Below, piece after piece: positions 29,823 through 39,342 of a stretch of 64,000 nt of DNA; positions within the stretch are counted from its first letter, which is position 1; every line of letters begins with the position of its first letter. Position numbers and translations under genes: made by a program. The notes under the pieces were generated by a model that was not told the origin of the DNA, made no database searches, and saw nothing but the letters and a program-made list of their open reading frames with translations. This stretch comes from Leptospira sp. Its GTDB lineage: Bacteria; Spirochaetota; Leptospiria; Leptospirales; Leptospiraceae. Where the stretch lies: assembly GCA_034439575.1 (NCBI GenBank), contig JAWXAQ010000008.1:256001-320000 (forward strand), read 5' to 3'.

Positions 29823-31003
29823 TAGGTAAGGCCACGAACTTATATTCTTTAGATCCTTTATTTGAGTATAGGTTTGTAAATCCGCCATTAACCATTGACA
29901 AACAAACATTAAGAAGGCGCTTTTCATTAGAAAAGCTCTTCTTTTTTTTAACAAAGCCTGGTGATTTGGTTCATGTCACTGAATTTCCATCAGAAGACTT
30001 TTTATCTCAATTTGACAAACTTGGATTTGCAATAGGCACTCCCTGGATAGAAGGTGAGTTCATTACAAGTGAAATGAATCTTGTGGAATGGGGTCAGTAT
30101 CATGATCTAAATTCGCCTTACCTTATTCCAAATGAAGGAAAAATTGAATATTCAAAATATCTAAACTCAAAACTTGTCCAAAGGCAATGGAAGGAAGACT
30201 TTTCCTTAAGTCCTCTAAAAAGTAAGTTAATTTCATCCGAAGATTTGTTAATTGATTATTTGAATGAGTGCCAAAGGCCCATTGTATTAAAAGGCGCTTA
30301 TGGTATCGCCGGTCGCAATCATATCATTATTGAATCTCCTTCGCAAGGATGGAAGTTACAGCAGATTCCCAAAAAATTATATAACTATCCTGTATTTTGT
30401 GAAGAGTGGGTTGGCAAAGATCGAATTTTTGATTTTTCTACACTTTGGGATTTTACAGAATCAGGACCTTCATTTTTAGGCATTACGGAAATGTTAGTTG
30501 AAGCGGATGGAAGTTTTCGTGGCATTCGCATGAGTGCAAATATTGAACAAAGGTTAGTTCATATATTGCCTGATTGCCTTCAAATAATGAAATCCATTTT
30601 AGATGCTTCGGAATTTAAACCGATTGGACCTGCGGCAATGGATGGCTTTCTATATAAAGTGAATCATGAACTAAGAGTTCAGAACTTTTCTGAGATTAAC
30701 TTTCGCTATTCGATTGGACGAATTTTGTTTGAAATTCGAAAATATAAAAATTTAAGAATGTTAGAATCCGGCTTATTATTTTTGCCATTAAATCAAATTA
30801 AAAAATTCAATGAAAAAGAATGGTTAAGCGTTGTTAAAAAAGAAACTGGAGCAGAAGTTTTTTTTGTCACACCAACAAAAGATGCGAAGGGAAAATACTT
30901 TCAGAATGTAGGTCTTTATTATGAGGAGAAACAAAACTCCCAACAATCAAATGAACTTGTCACTTGGTTGGGAGAGGCGTGGAGAAATTTAATAATTAAT
31001 TAA
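29822..31003 (+). CDS. ATP-grasp fold protein; start uncertain (ATA 29822 vs TTG 29966)
   Basis: PIVLKGAYGIAGRN, VFCEEWV, GPAAMDGF and FSEINFRYS (ExNxR). The frame stays open upstream of 29966 back to a TAG at 29807-29809. Confidence 0.7.
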   Translation: MGKATNLYSLDPLFEYRFVNPPLTIDKQTLRRRFSLEKLFFFLTKPGDLVHVTEFPSEDFLSQFDKLGFAIGTPWIEGEFITSEMNLVEWGQYHDLNSPYLIPNEGKIEYSKYLNSKLVQRQWKEDFSLSPLKSKLISSEDLLIDYLNECQRPIVLKGAYGIAGRNHIIIESPSQGWKLQQIPKKLYNYPVFCEEWVGKDRIFDFSTLWDFTESGPSFLGITEMLVEADGSFRGIRMSANIEQRLVHILPDCLQIMKSILDASEFKPIGPAAMDGFLYKVNHELRVQNFSEINFRYSIGRILFEIRKYKNLRMLESGLLFLPLNQIKKFNEKEWLSVVKKETGAEVFFVTPTKDAKGKYFQNVGLYYEEKQNSQQSNELVTWLGEAWRNLIIN

Positions 31004-31818
31004 ACTTCTTCATTATTTCGAATGAATCTATGTTTACCGTTGATTTCGATGACTGGTTCACCTGATTTACGATCTAAACGTAACTCAAGTGTATCGGTAT
31101 TTGTAAGAGGTAATGTGGCTTCTAAATTTACTAAAACCTTCTCCCCTTTTTCAGTCCAAGTACATAACATACGGGCTGTATCATATCCCATTTCACAAGT
31201 ACCATCATTGTGTAAGCTGATTTTTGCTATGTTTGATTCTGTTTTCCATTTTCCTATGGCCCAGGTATTTTTCGGCGGAGTGAGTATGGAGCCTGCTTGG
31301 TCAGCAAGTAACTTAACTTCGGCGATGGATGTGTCTTTGGCTAATTTTCCTTTATAAATATCTAAAATCGTCAAGGTGACTTTTTTTGCCTTAAATTCTT
31401 TTTTGAGGCTTAATTTTTGAGCAGATAAAGCATCCTTTAGGGTGAAAATTTCTTCTTGTCCATTATCTGTTGTTAGTTTGAGTTTTTTGATTCGGTTATG
31501 ATTGCCCCATTCTTTGGGATCGCCAAATCCATTGTATATGGCAAGTGTTTGGAAACTAATATCAGATTTATAACTGATAGAAATGGATTCTCCAATCCCG
31601 TCACCTTCAGTTCCTTCCACCCAACTAGAATCCAATCTTCCATCCAAGGCATAAGCCGGAGGAAATTTTTCTTTTGAATTGGAACGAAAACTACTCGATG
31701 TTATGGTAGGTAAGTTTACGGATTGAGCCGTGATTGCCAAAAAACTAATGGCCAGAAAAGTAAAATAAAAAGATCGATTCATCTTGGTAAAATGATATTC
31801 TATACGTGGAAAGAGCAA
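31000..31818 (-). CDS. Exported protein with discoidin/NADase-type glycan-binding domain
   Basis: Signal peptide; ALDGRLDSSWVEG..GDGIGE.I, IYNGF.....W..HNRIKKL, LTILDIYKG....DTSIAEV. Confidence 0.75.
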   Translation of the reverse strand: MLFPRIEYHFTKMNRSFYFTFLAISFLAITAQSVNLPTITSSSFRSNSKEKFPPAYALDGRLDSSWVEGTEGDGIGESISISYKSDISFQTLAIYNGFGDPKEWGNHNRIKKLKLTTDNGQEEIFTLKDALSAQKLSLKKEFKAKKVTLTILDIYKGKLAKDTSIAEVKLLADQAGSILTPPKNTWAIGKWKTESNIAKISLHNDGTCEMGYDTARMLCTWTEKGEKVLVNLEATLPLTNTDTLELRLDRKSGEPVIEINGKHRFIRNNEEV

Positions 31819-31837
31819 GAAAGAAAATTAAACAATT

Positions 31838-32152
31838 ATGGAAGATATCCATTTAATCTATATTACGACTAAGAATGCCGAAGAAGCTGAAAAAATTGGA
31901 ACGATTTTGGTGAAAGAAAAATTGGCTGCCTGTGCGAACATCCTTCCGCAAATGCTCAGTATTTATGAATGGGAAGGAAAATTGGAAAAAGAATCCGAGG
32001 CCCTCCTTTTGCTAAAGACTAAACAAAGTTTGGTGAAAGACCTAATCCAGAGAACAAAAGAATTACATTCGTATACTGTTCCCTGCATTGTGAGTTATAA
32101 AGCAGGGGAGTCAAATGAAGTTTATCTGGATTGGATTCGGAACTCTCTATAA
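31838..32152 (+). CDS. cutA: Divalent-cation tolerance protein CutA
   Basis: YITT....EAE.IG..LV.EKLAACANI.P...SIYEWEG.....E..LLLKT, LHSYTVPCI. Confidence 0.95.
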   Translation: MEDIHLIYITTKNAEEAEKIGTILVKEKLAACANILPQMLSIYEWEGKLEKESEALLLLKTKQSLVKDLIQRTKELHSYTVPCIVSYKAGESNEVYLDWIRNSL

Positions 32153-32859
32153 AATTCTCGGATACGTTCAAATAGAATTTCAAAGCCAAGAGAATCTCTC
32201 CATTCATGAAAATCTTTTGGAAGTGTTACCGCCTCAAACCATGCAGTTCCTGGTGCTTCTTTTGGCATAGCCAAAGCAGAAAATAATGTAGCGACCGTTA
32301 GGTCTACTCTTCCGAAACTTTTACCATTAAAGAATTTTTTTGATTTATATATCTCTTGTATTTCCGAACCCAAAGTTTTCACATTGGTCATAACCAGCTC
32401 TACATTTTTGGGATTTATTTTATAACGTTTTCTGAGTACGAGGGAAATAAGATCAAATCGTTCTGGAGGAGGGATGATTTCTTCTTTTGTCGGCTGTCTT
32501 GTTAAAAATAATTTTCCAATGATTTCAGGGTATGCTAAAATAAAATGATATAAAATAGTTTGTAGACCTTTACCTAATTGGTCATCGATTTTTTTTTCCA
32601 TTTCTCTTTCTTCTTCACTAGATGCTGCTTGGAAAGAATCAGAATCAATGAGATCTAATATTTTTGAAGATCCTTGTATGACTCCATCTTTCATTTGTAA
32701 GACGGGGACAAAAGATTCTGTAGTGATTTCTTTTAATATTTGGATGTGTTCCCCAGGAACCAATGTTTTTAATTCATAGTCAAATTTCGCAAGATCCAAA
32801 GCAAACCTTGCTTTTTCTGAAAAATGGGAGATGGGGAAGATGTAAAGGAGAGGGGTCAT
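32122..32859 (-). CDS. Glutathione S-transferase family protein
   Basis: LY.FPISHFSEKARFALD, VPVL....G.IQGSS.I, C-terminal F.RVDLTVA. Confidence 0.85.
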   Translation of the reverse strand: MTPLLYIFPISHFSEKARFALDLAKFDYELKTLVPGEHIQILKEITTESFVPVLQMKDGVIQGSSKILDLIDSDSFQAASSEEEREMEKKIDDQLGKGLQTILYHFILAYPEIIGKLFLTRQPTKEEIIPPPERFDLISLVLRKRYKINPKNVELVMTNVKTLGSEIQEIYKSKKFFNGKSFGRVDLTVATLFSALAMPKEAPGTAWFEAVTLPKDFHEWRDSLGFEILFERIREFYREFRIQSR

Positions 32860-33014
32860 TGATATAATAAGTAATTATTAACGATCATTTTGTCTTTAAA
32901 ATATTGCATATTTAAATGAGAATCTTCGTATAAATTTGGTAAATTTCGATTTCCTATCTTTAAAATAAAATATTGATTGATTCTGTATGAATTAGGCTAA
33001 TTGGCATTGTCGCG

Positions 33015-34202
33015 ATGGAAAATATCAATCGAACTCGGATTTGTAGAGATTTGTTTTTGAAAATTTTGATACTTCTATTTTGTACATTTTTCTTTAACGC
33101 TTGTTTGTTAAATCCTATCATCCGCGCTTTGTTATTCTCTGAAAAAAATAATTCTAATCTAAATTTTCTTTTCTTAGCTGGTATGACCAATCCTACATCA
33201 GCGACTGAACTTAATGAATCCACCATTTCGTCAAATAAAGATATTACATCTTATTCGATTCCATCATTGAACTTAACTGGAAACATTTCTGGGGATAAAA
33301 TTTCATTAGTATCAGATACTTTAACCAGTATTTCTTCCTATACTGCAAATTTTACAACCACAGGCCAAAGAGTCACCATTTCTGGAGTGGAACAAATAAG
33401 CGGTGTTACCAGCAATTTCTATACATCAAATTTGACATATACTGTAACAGCTGCAGACGGAAGTACAAAAAATTACTATGTTTCTCTAACAGCGCCACGA
33501 TCGTATGGCGGATCTTCGTTGCGCATTTGGTTAAAAGCAGATTCAATTACAGCGGGCAACGGTTCATCGGTGGCAAGTTGGACAGACGATAGTGGTTATG
33601 GAAACCATTTTACAAATGTTAATGTTCCCGCTCAGCCAATCTATCAAACATCAAGAATCAATGGCTTACCTGCTCTCAATTTTACACAATCTGGTGTTAG
33701 CTCACTTGGAATTACGACAGCCACTGGTCTCTATATAGACAACAGTGCCTCTTATTTTATCGTTATGAAATTTTATACAAATGCAGGCGGAGCTCAGACT
33801 ATTTTTAATATCGGAGGAACAGACGGGCGGCAATTTGATATGACCTCTTCTCCAGCTAATGTTTGGTTAGGTAGGAATAATTCTGGATGGGATTATTTTT
33901 CGTCGTTTGTTTTTCCAACTGAATTTGTGGCTTTTGGGACTGTTCAAAATCTCCAGGTAAGCAAAAATGAAATCTGGAACGGCGATTTGAAAGCGGAATT
34001 AAACCCTGCGAGTACAATCGATTCAATGTATGCTGGAAATCCAGTTAATGCGTTTCTATCAAGTGGTAATAGCGATATGGAAGTGGCAGAATTTTTATAT
34101 TTTAATACATTTTTGTCCCAGACGGAAGTGAACAAAGTATTTTGTTATTTAAATACAAAATATAATTTATCTTCAACAACTATCAATTGTAATAACATTT
34201 GA
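33015..34202 (+). CDS. Surface lipoprotein with Ig-like (DUF5018-like) and LamG/concanavalin-like domains
   Basis: Lipobox FNAC; KDITSY.I...G.ISG..I, QISGVTSNF....YTVTAADGS...Y.V; WLKADS.....VASWTDDSG.GNH, INGLPAL.F, EVAEFLYFN..LS..E...V.CYL..KY. Confidence 0.75.
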   Translation: MENINRTRICRDLFLKILILLFCTFFFNACLLNPIIRALLFSEKNNSNLNFLFLAGMTNPTSATELNESTISSNKDITSYSIPSLNLTGNISGDKISLVSDTLTSISSYTANFTTTGQRVTISGVEQISGVTSNFYTSNLTYTVTAADGSTKNYYVSLTAPRSYGGSSLRIWLKADSITAGNGSSVASWTDDSGYGNHFTNVNVPAQPIYQTSRINGLPALNFTQSGVSSLGITTATGLYIDNSASYFIVMKFYTNAGGAQTIFNIGGTDGRQFDMTSSPANVWLGRNNSGWDYFSSFVFPTEFVAFGTVQNLQVSKNEIWNGDLKAELNPASTIDSMYAGNPVNAFLSSGNSDMEVAEFLYFNTFLSQTEVNKVFCYLNTKYNLSSTTINCNNI

Positions 34203-34389
34203 TAGTTGTAAAAAAAATTCTTAAAAATTCTGGTCTATAAAAGTTTTTTATCCCAATGGGAATGAATATACGCCTTTTGTTAGCTTAAGTTTTTTATTTC
34301 CGAACATATTGAACTATAAATTGAAGTTTGTAACTAAATATTTGTTTTTGATTGACAATATATTTTTAAATTTGATTTAACTACTGATT

Positions 34390-35265
34390 ATGAAGTCAAT
34401 ATTCAAATTTTTGGGAATCGGATTTGGAATCCTTTTTTCTATCATCTTACTCTTTGGTTTATTTGTTTATATAAACAGTTCTTCTCGAATGAATCAAACT
34501 TTTAAGTTAGTTGATCATGGTTTAACTTTACCATCAAATACGAATGATCTGAAGGAAGGGAAACGTTTATTTATTTCCCGAGGTTGTGTGGATTGTCATG
34601 GAGAAAATCTGTCTGGTGCGACTTTCATTGATGATCCTGCGATAGGAAAATATACCGGAAAAAACTTAACTAGTGGGAAGGGTGGATTTAGTAAAGATAG
34701 AGATTTTACATCTTTCTCGAACGCCGTAAGACACGGAGTTGGTGAAGATGGAAAACCACTCTTGTTTATGCCTTCCTCAGATTTTCATGGGATGACCGAT
34801 GTTGAATTAGGAACTATCTTTCAATATGTTCGTTCTGTTCCTCCAGTCGATAAACCGTATGAACCTCAACAAGTAGGCCCGCTTGCTCGTGTTTTATTTG
34901 TATTGGGAAAGATGCCACTACTTGTAACCGCGGAAAAAATTGACCATGAAATGCAAAGTGAAAAACAACAAACTGTTGAAGTATCCGTTGCTTACGGAAA
35001 ATACCTCGCAGCGGGTTGCACAGGATGTCATGGAGAAAAATTGACTGGTGGACCAATTGCCGGTGCTCCACCTGAATGGCCAGAGGCACAAAACATTACC
35101 AAGGTGGGGATCGAAAAGTATTCGGAGGCTCAATTTTTGAATGCGATCCGTACGGGTAAACGTCCTGATGGTTCTGTGATGAAGCCACCTATGCCTTGGC
35201 AAAATATGGCTCATATGACCGATACGGAATTAAAATCCATTCGTTTGTATCTATTAACTTTATAG
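34390..35265 (+). CDS. Membrane-anchored diheme cytochrome c
   Basis: N-terminal TM; two CxxCH motifs (CVDCH, CTGCH) with distal Met motifs (FMPS, PPMPW). Confidence 0.92.
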   Translation: MKSIFKFLGIGFGILFSIILLFGLFVYINSSSRMNQTFKLVDHGLTLPSNTNDLKEGKRLFISRGCVDCHGENLSGATFIDDPAIGKYTGKNLTSGKGGFSKDRDFTSFSNAVRHGVGEDGKPLLFMPSSDFHGMTDVELGTIFQYVRSVPPVDKPYEPQQVGPLARVLFVLGKMPLLVTAEKIDHEMQSEKQQTVEVSVAYGKYLAAGCTGCHGEKLTGGPIAGAPPEWPEAQNITKVGIEKYSEAQFLNAIRTGKRPDGSVMKPPMPWQNMAHMTDTELKSIRLYLLTL

Positions 35266-35284
35266 ATTATTAAATTCAAAAATT

Positions 35285-35342
35285 AAATCACATAATTCAT
35301 GTTATTTGTTAACAGACAAATTACAAATGGATTATGTGATTT
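35285..35342. terminator. Long imperfect hairpin between convergent genes (probable bidirectional terminator)
   Basis: AAATCACATAATTCAT...ATGGATTATGTGATTT with an inner ATTTGT/ACAAAT pairing. Confidence 0.5.
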
Positions 35343-35381
35343 TTTCGAATCGAATATCGGATAAAATTTTTCTTCTTAAAT

Positions 35382-36506
35382 CTAAGCTTTGATCGCTTCT
35401 TTGATGGGAAATTCTACATAAATTGACCACGCGTTTGTACTGTTTCCGATTTTTACTGGTACAAAAATATGTGCTGTGTTTTCTTTATCAATATATTGAA
35501 AATTTCTACCTTCCATAATGGCAATGGTTGCTTCATTGGAAATCTCTTCTGCTTTTTTGCCGAGTTGATTTGTATCAGGACTTGCAGCATACACTGATTC
35601 ATTTGAAAGAAGACAAGTTTTTCCCAATCCAAAAACTTTTTTAATCGAAATATTTGATTGTAGTTGCTCTAAAGAAAAATCAGCACCCATGATCCCTGAA
35701 AATTTTCCATGGATAAAAAGATTTGTCATAAGACTCGTCATACGCACCTGTTTGCCGTTAATCGGATATATATAAGGTTCCATCATGACATCTTTACCAA
35801 GAGCTCTGGGTAATTCATACCAATCGTTTTCGCCTTCAACATCATAACCTTGTAAAGGTTCTATGGCGATTTGACCAGTATGACGATTGCAGTAGGGAAC
35901 AAATCGACCATTTTTGTCGTGACCCATTTCGCCCATATAATCCTTGTCATTTGGATCAACTACATTTGATTCAAAACAACAGGCATAAGCGAGTTGTTGA
36001 GGATTTTGATCTAGATACTCTTTGAGTAAAATTAATATTTGAGAACGAGTGAGCCCACTTTCAGATTGGATCATACTTTGGATAAGAAATTTTAATCCGT
36101 AAAGTGATGTTGCCATAATATAGAACTTTGCTTCTAATTCGGAAGCGACTTGCGATGCCCAAAGTTTGGCAAATTCTATGACTGCTTCCATTTCAAAATG
36201 TTCAACTTCAGAGGAAGCTGACATCGTTTCATGATTGATACGTTGTAAAATATCAGAGATTTTTTTTGTGGCTTCGGAGGTGCGATACGAAAGTTTTGAG
36301 ACTTCATTGGCGACAACCTCAAAACCTTTTCCATATTCACCAGCACGAGCAGCCTCTATCGCGGCGTTAAGTGCCAAGAGATTTGTTTGTTTGGCTACTT
36401 GTTGAATGGCTGAGGCGACGGTCCCGATTTCTTTGGACCTTTCACCAAAGGCATTGATCATATGCCTCAGACGTTTCATACTATTATTGGAATAATTTTC
36501 TTCCAT
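35382..36506 (-). CDS. Soluble chemoreceptor: N-terminal MCP signalling hairpin + C-terminal dCache-type sensor
   Basis: aa ~20-95 carry [38 protein letters not shown]; aa ~110-370 carry GRFVPY, DWYELP..LGK..MMEPY.Y, MTSL.....[22 protein letters not shown]. No TM segment. Confidence 0.85.
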   Translation of the reverse strand: MEENYSNNSMKRLRHMINAFGERSKEIGTVASAIQQVAKQTNLLALNAAIEAARAGEYGKGFEVVANEVSKLSYRTSEATKKISDILQRINHETMSASSEVEHFEMEAVIEFAKLWASQVASELEAKFYIMATSLYGLKFLIQSMIQSESGLTRSQILILLKEYLDQNPQQLAYACCFESNVVDPNDKDYMGEMGHDKNGRFVPYCNRHTGQIAIEPLQGYDVEGENDWYELPRALGKDVMMEPYIYPINGKQVRMTSLMTNLFIHGKFSGIMGADFSLEQLQSNISIKKVFGLGKTCLLSNESVYAASPDTNQLGKKAEEISNEATIAIMEGRNFQYIDKENTAHIFVPVKIGNSTNAWSIYVEFPIKEAIKA

Positions 36507-36598
36507 AGTTATATTATCGAAACATACTAAAGCACATTTTAATAAAGATTCAAGCTAATAAATGAATCCTTAATTTCTTTTATCAATAGGTATTTATA

Positions 36599-38044
36599 TT
36601 AAACACCCCCGATCATAATATGTTTTGTGATCAAATAGTCTCCGACTGATTCTTGGGAAAGATCTTTCCCAAATCCTGATTGTTTAAAACCACCGTGTGG
36701 TGCCTCTGATGCTAAAGGCAAATGATCATTGACCCAAACGGTTCCAAATTCCAGTTTCTTTGCTACTCGCATAGCACGTGCTATGTCGTTTGTCCAAATA
36801 GATGATGCTAATCCGTAATTGACATCATTGGCTAATTGTATCGCTTCTTCTTCAGTAGAAAAAGGTAAAATAGTTAGAACAGGTCCAAAGATTTCATTTT
36901 GAACAACTTCTGACTTCTGATTGATCTCACTGATAACAGTAGGTTCAATAAAATATCCTTTTTCTAAACCTTTGGGAATGCTACCGCCAGTTAATATTTT
37001 GCCGCCTTCATTTTTGGCCCTTTGGATAAATCCGAGGATATTATCTCTCTGTTTTCCCGAAACGATAGAACCCATTTCAGTGAGATCGTCAAATGGCATC
37101 CCCACTTTAACATTTTTCATCGCTTCTACAAGTTGATCTGTTGCTTTTTTCAATAGATCTTTGTGAACATAGACGCGTGTGGCGGCGGTACAATCTTGAC
37201 CAGAATTGCAAGTCGCACCAAACATGGCTTTTGCGGCAAATAAGTCTAAGTCTGCATCATCGAATACAAGTAAAGGAGCCTTTCCACCTAACTCTAAATG
37301 CACGCGTTTGAGTGAATCAGCGGCACTCTTCATAATTTTTTTGCCTGTACCTGTGGATCCTGTTAGTGAAACCATGCGAATCTTTGTATGATCTACGAGA
37401 GCCTGGCCTGCATCGTTGCCACCGGCCACAACATTGAACACGCCGTCAGGAATACCAGCTTCTTTACTCAATTCAGCTAACATGAGAGTGGTGAGAGGAG
37501 TATTGGGAGCAGGTTTTAAAACGACTGTGCATCCTGCCGCTAGTGCAGGTGCAAATTTCCAAACAGCCATAAGAATGGGATAATTCCAAGGAGTGATTTG
37601 ACCGACGACTCCCACAGGTTCTCGTCTAAATAGGGAAGTGTATCCGGGGGCAAATTCCCCAGACTTAGATCCATGAATATCTCTTGCGGCACTCGCAAAA
37701 AATCTTAAATTATCAACTGCAAATGGGATATCTCCCGCCAAACTTAAGTTTTTGTAAGGTTTTCCCACATTCTCAGACTCGACTTTTGCAAATTCTTCTG
37801 TTTTGGATGCCAATAAATCTGCCAATCGAAATAAAGCTATAGAACGCTCGCTAGGTGTTAATTGGGACCAGCGCCCATCAGACCATGCATTATCCGCTAC
37901 CGTCACCGCATAATCTATATCGCTCGCATCTCCTAAACTAACTTCGGCAAAGTATTCACCATTAGCCGGATTTTCTATTTTTGAATATAACTTTGATTTT
38001 GATTCTACCCACTTTCCGTCTATCCAATGATTGTATTTTTTCAT
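36599..38044 (-). CDS. patD: Gamma-aminobutyraldehyde dehydrogenase (PatD/YdcW-like ALDH)
   Basis: ALDH motifs ITPWNYP, SLTGS..TG, HLELGGKAP, NSGQDCTAATR, EIFGPV. The 'GQDCTAA', 'E.PHGG.K.SGFGKDLS' and genomic context fit the PatD subfamily. Confidence 0.8.
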   Translation of the reverse strand: MKKYNHWIDGKWVESKSKLYSKIENPANGEYFAEVSLGDASDIDYAVTVADNAWSDGRWSQLTPSERSIALFRLADLLASKTEEFAKVESENVGKPYKNLSLAGDIPFAVDNLRFFASAARDIHGSKSGEFAPGYTSLFRREPVGVVGQITPWNYPILMAVWKFAPALAAGCTVVLKPAPNTPLTTLMLAELSKEAGIPDGVFNVVAGGNDAGQALVDHTKIRMVSLTGSTGTGKKIMKSAADSLKRVHLELGGKAPLLVFDDADLDLFAAKAMFGATCNSGQDCTAATRVYVHKDLLKKATDQLVEAMKNVKVGMPFDDLTEMGSIVSGKQRDNILGFIQRAKNEGGKILTGGSIPKGLEKGYFIEPTVISEINQKSEVVQNEIFGPVLTILPFSTEEEAIQLANDVNYGLASSIWTNDIARAMRVAKKLEFGTVWVNDHLPLASEAPHGGFKQSGFGKDLSQESVGDYLITKHIMIGGV

Positions 38045-38046
38045 AA

Positions 38047-39342
38047 TTAGCCTTTAATTTCCTTGAGCGATTTTTCTATTATTAGCAAACCTTCGTTTAA
38101 TATATGTTCTTCTGCAGTGATAGGAACTAGAATCCGGATAACGTTTCCATAAACTCCGCAAGATAATAAAACCAATCCATTTTCAAGAGCTTTAGAAGTT
38201 AATTTTTTTGCCAAATCTGCGGAAGGTTTTTCTGCATTTCCATTCTCAACTAATTCAAATGCCACCATTCCACCAAGCCCTCTAATCTCACCGATGGAAT
38301 TAAATTGTTTTTTCATCTCATATAATTTAGAAACTAAATGTGCACCGAGATTCTTTGATTTATCTAAAATATTTTCTTCTTCAATTAAATCCATTATGGC
38401 AATTGCCGCCGTGCATGCCACTGGATTCCCAGCATAGGTTCCACCAAGTCCACCAGGTTCTACAGAGTCCATTATGGATGCTTTTCCTATCACGGCTGAT
38501 AGGGGCATGCCACCTGCCAGAGATTTGGCGGTTGTGATCAGATCAGGGTGAATACCGCTATGTTCAATCGCAAAGAGTTTTCCTGTCCTTGCAAATCCAG
38601 ACTGTACTTCATCGGCGATAAGTAAAATACCGTGTTCATCACAAATAGCTCTAAGTCTTGTTAAAAAAGAAGCTGAGGCAATATAAAAACCTCCTTCACC
38701 TTGTACAGGTTCAATGGCGATCGCGGCAATTTTTGAAGGATCAATATCTGCTTTAAAAAGATTTAACAATGCTTTGATGGAATCATCTTCTGTGACACCA
38801 TGGTAATCCATTGGAAAAGGTATGTGATAAACATCCCCTGGGAAGGGACCAAATCCTTTTTTGTATGGTACAACTTTTCCAGTCAGTGCTAAAGCCATCA
38901 TGGTTCGACCATGGAAACCACCAATAAATGAAATGAAACCGCTACGTCCCGTGGCGACCCGAGCAATTTTTACCGCATTTTCGAGTGCCTCGGCGCCGGA
39001 AGAAAAGAGGATCGTTTTTTTGGGACCAGCGATAGGTGCTTTTTGATTTAATTTCTCACATAACTTTACATAAGGTTCATATGGCATGATTTGGAAAGCT
39101 GTATGTAAATACACATCGACTTGTTTATGTATGGCGGCAATGACTTTGGGATGGCAATGTCCTGTGTTCATCACACCGATCCCACCACCGAAATCAATAA
39201 ACCGATTTCCTTCCACATCCCAAATTTCTGCATTTTTTGCTCTTTCGGCAAAGATTGGATAGGCGGTGGTCACGCCTCTTGGAACATTTGCCACTCTTCT
39301 TTCCCAAAGAGATTTATTTGTTAACGTTTCACCTATTGTCAT
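38047..39342 (-). CDS. gabT: 4-aminobutyrate--2-oxoglutarate transaminase
   Basis: DVEGNRFIDFGGGIGV.NTGH, SGAEALENAVKIAR, FHGRT...LALTGKVVPYK.GFG, EPVQGEGGF, IADEVQSGFARTG, AKSLAGG.PLS, GGLGGTYAGNP. ATG 39342 overlaps the gabD stop. Confidence 0.93.
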   Translation of the reverse strand: MTIGETLTNKSLWERRVANVPRGVTTAYPIFAERAKNAEIWDVEGNRFIDFGGGIGVMNTGHCHPKVIAAIHKQVDVYLHTAFQIMPYEPYVKLCEKLNQKAPIAGPKKTILFSSGAEALENAVKIARVATGRSGFISFIGGFHGRTMMALALTGKVVPYKKGFGPFPGDVYHIPFPMDYHGVTEDDSIKALLNLFKADIDPSKIAAIAIEPVQGEGGFYIASASFLTRLRAICDEHGILLIADEVQSGFARTGKLFAIEHSGIHPDLITTAKSLAGGMPLSAVIGKASIMDSVEPGGLGGTYAGNPVACTAAIAIMDLIEEENILDKSKNLGAHLVSKLYEMKKQFNSIGEIRGLGGMVAFELVENGNAEKPSADLAKKLTSKALENGLVLLSCGVYGNVIRILVPITAEEHILNEGLLIIEKSLKEIKG

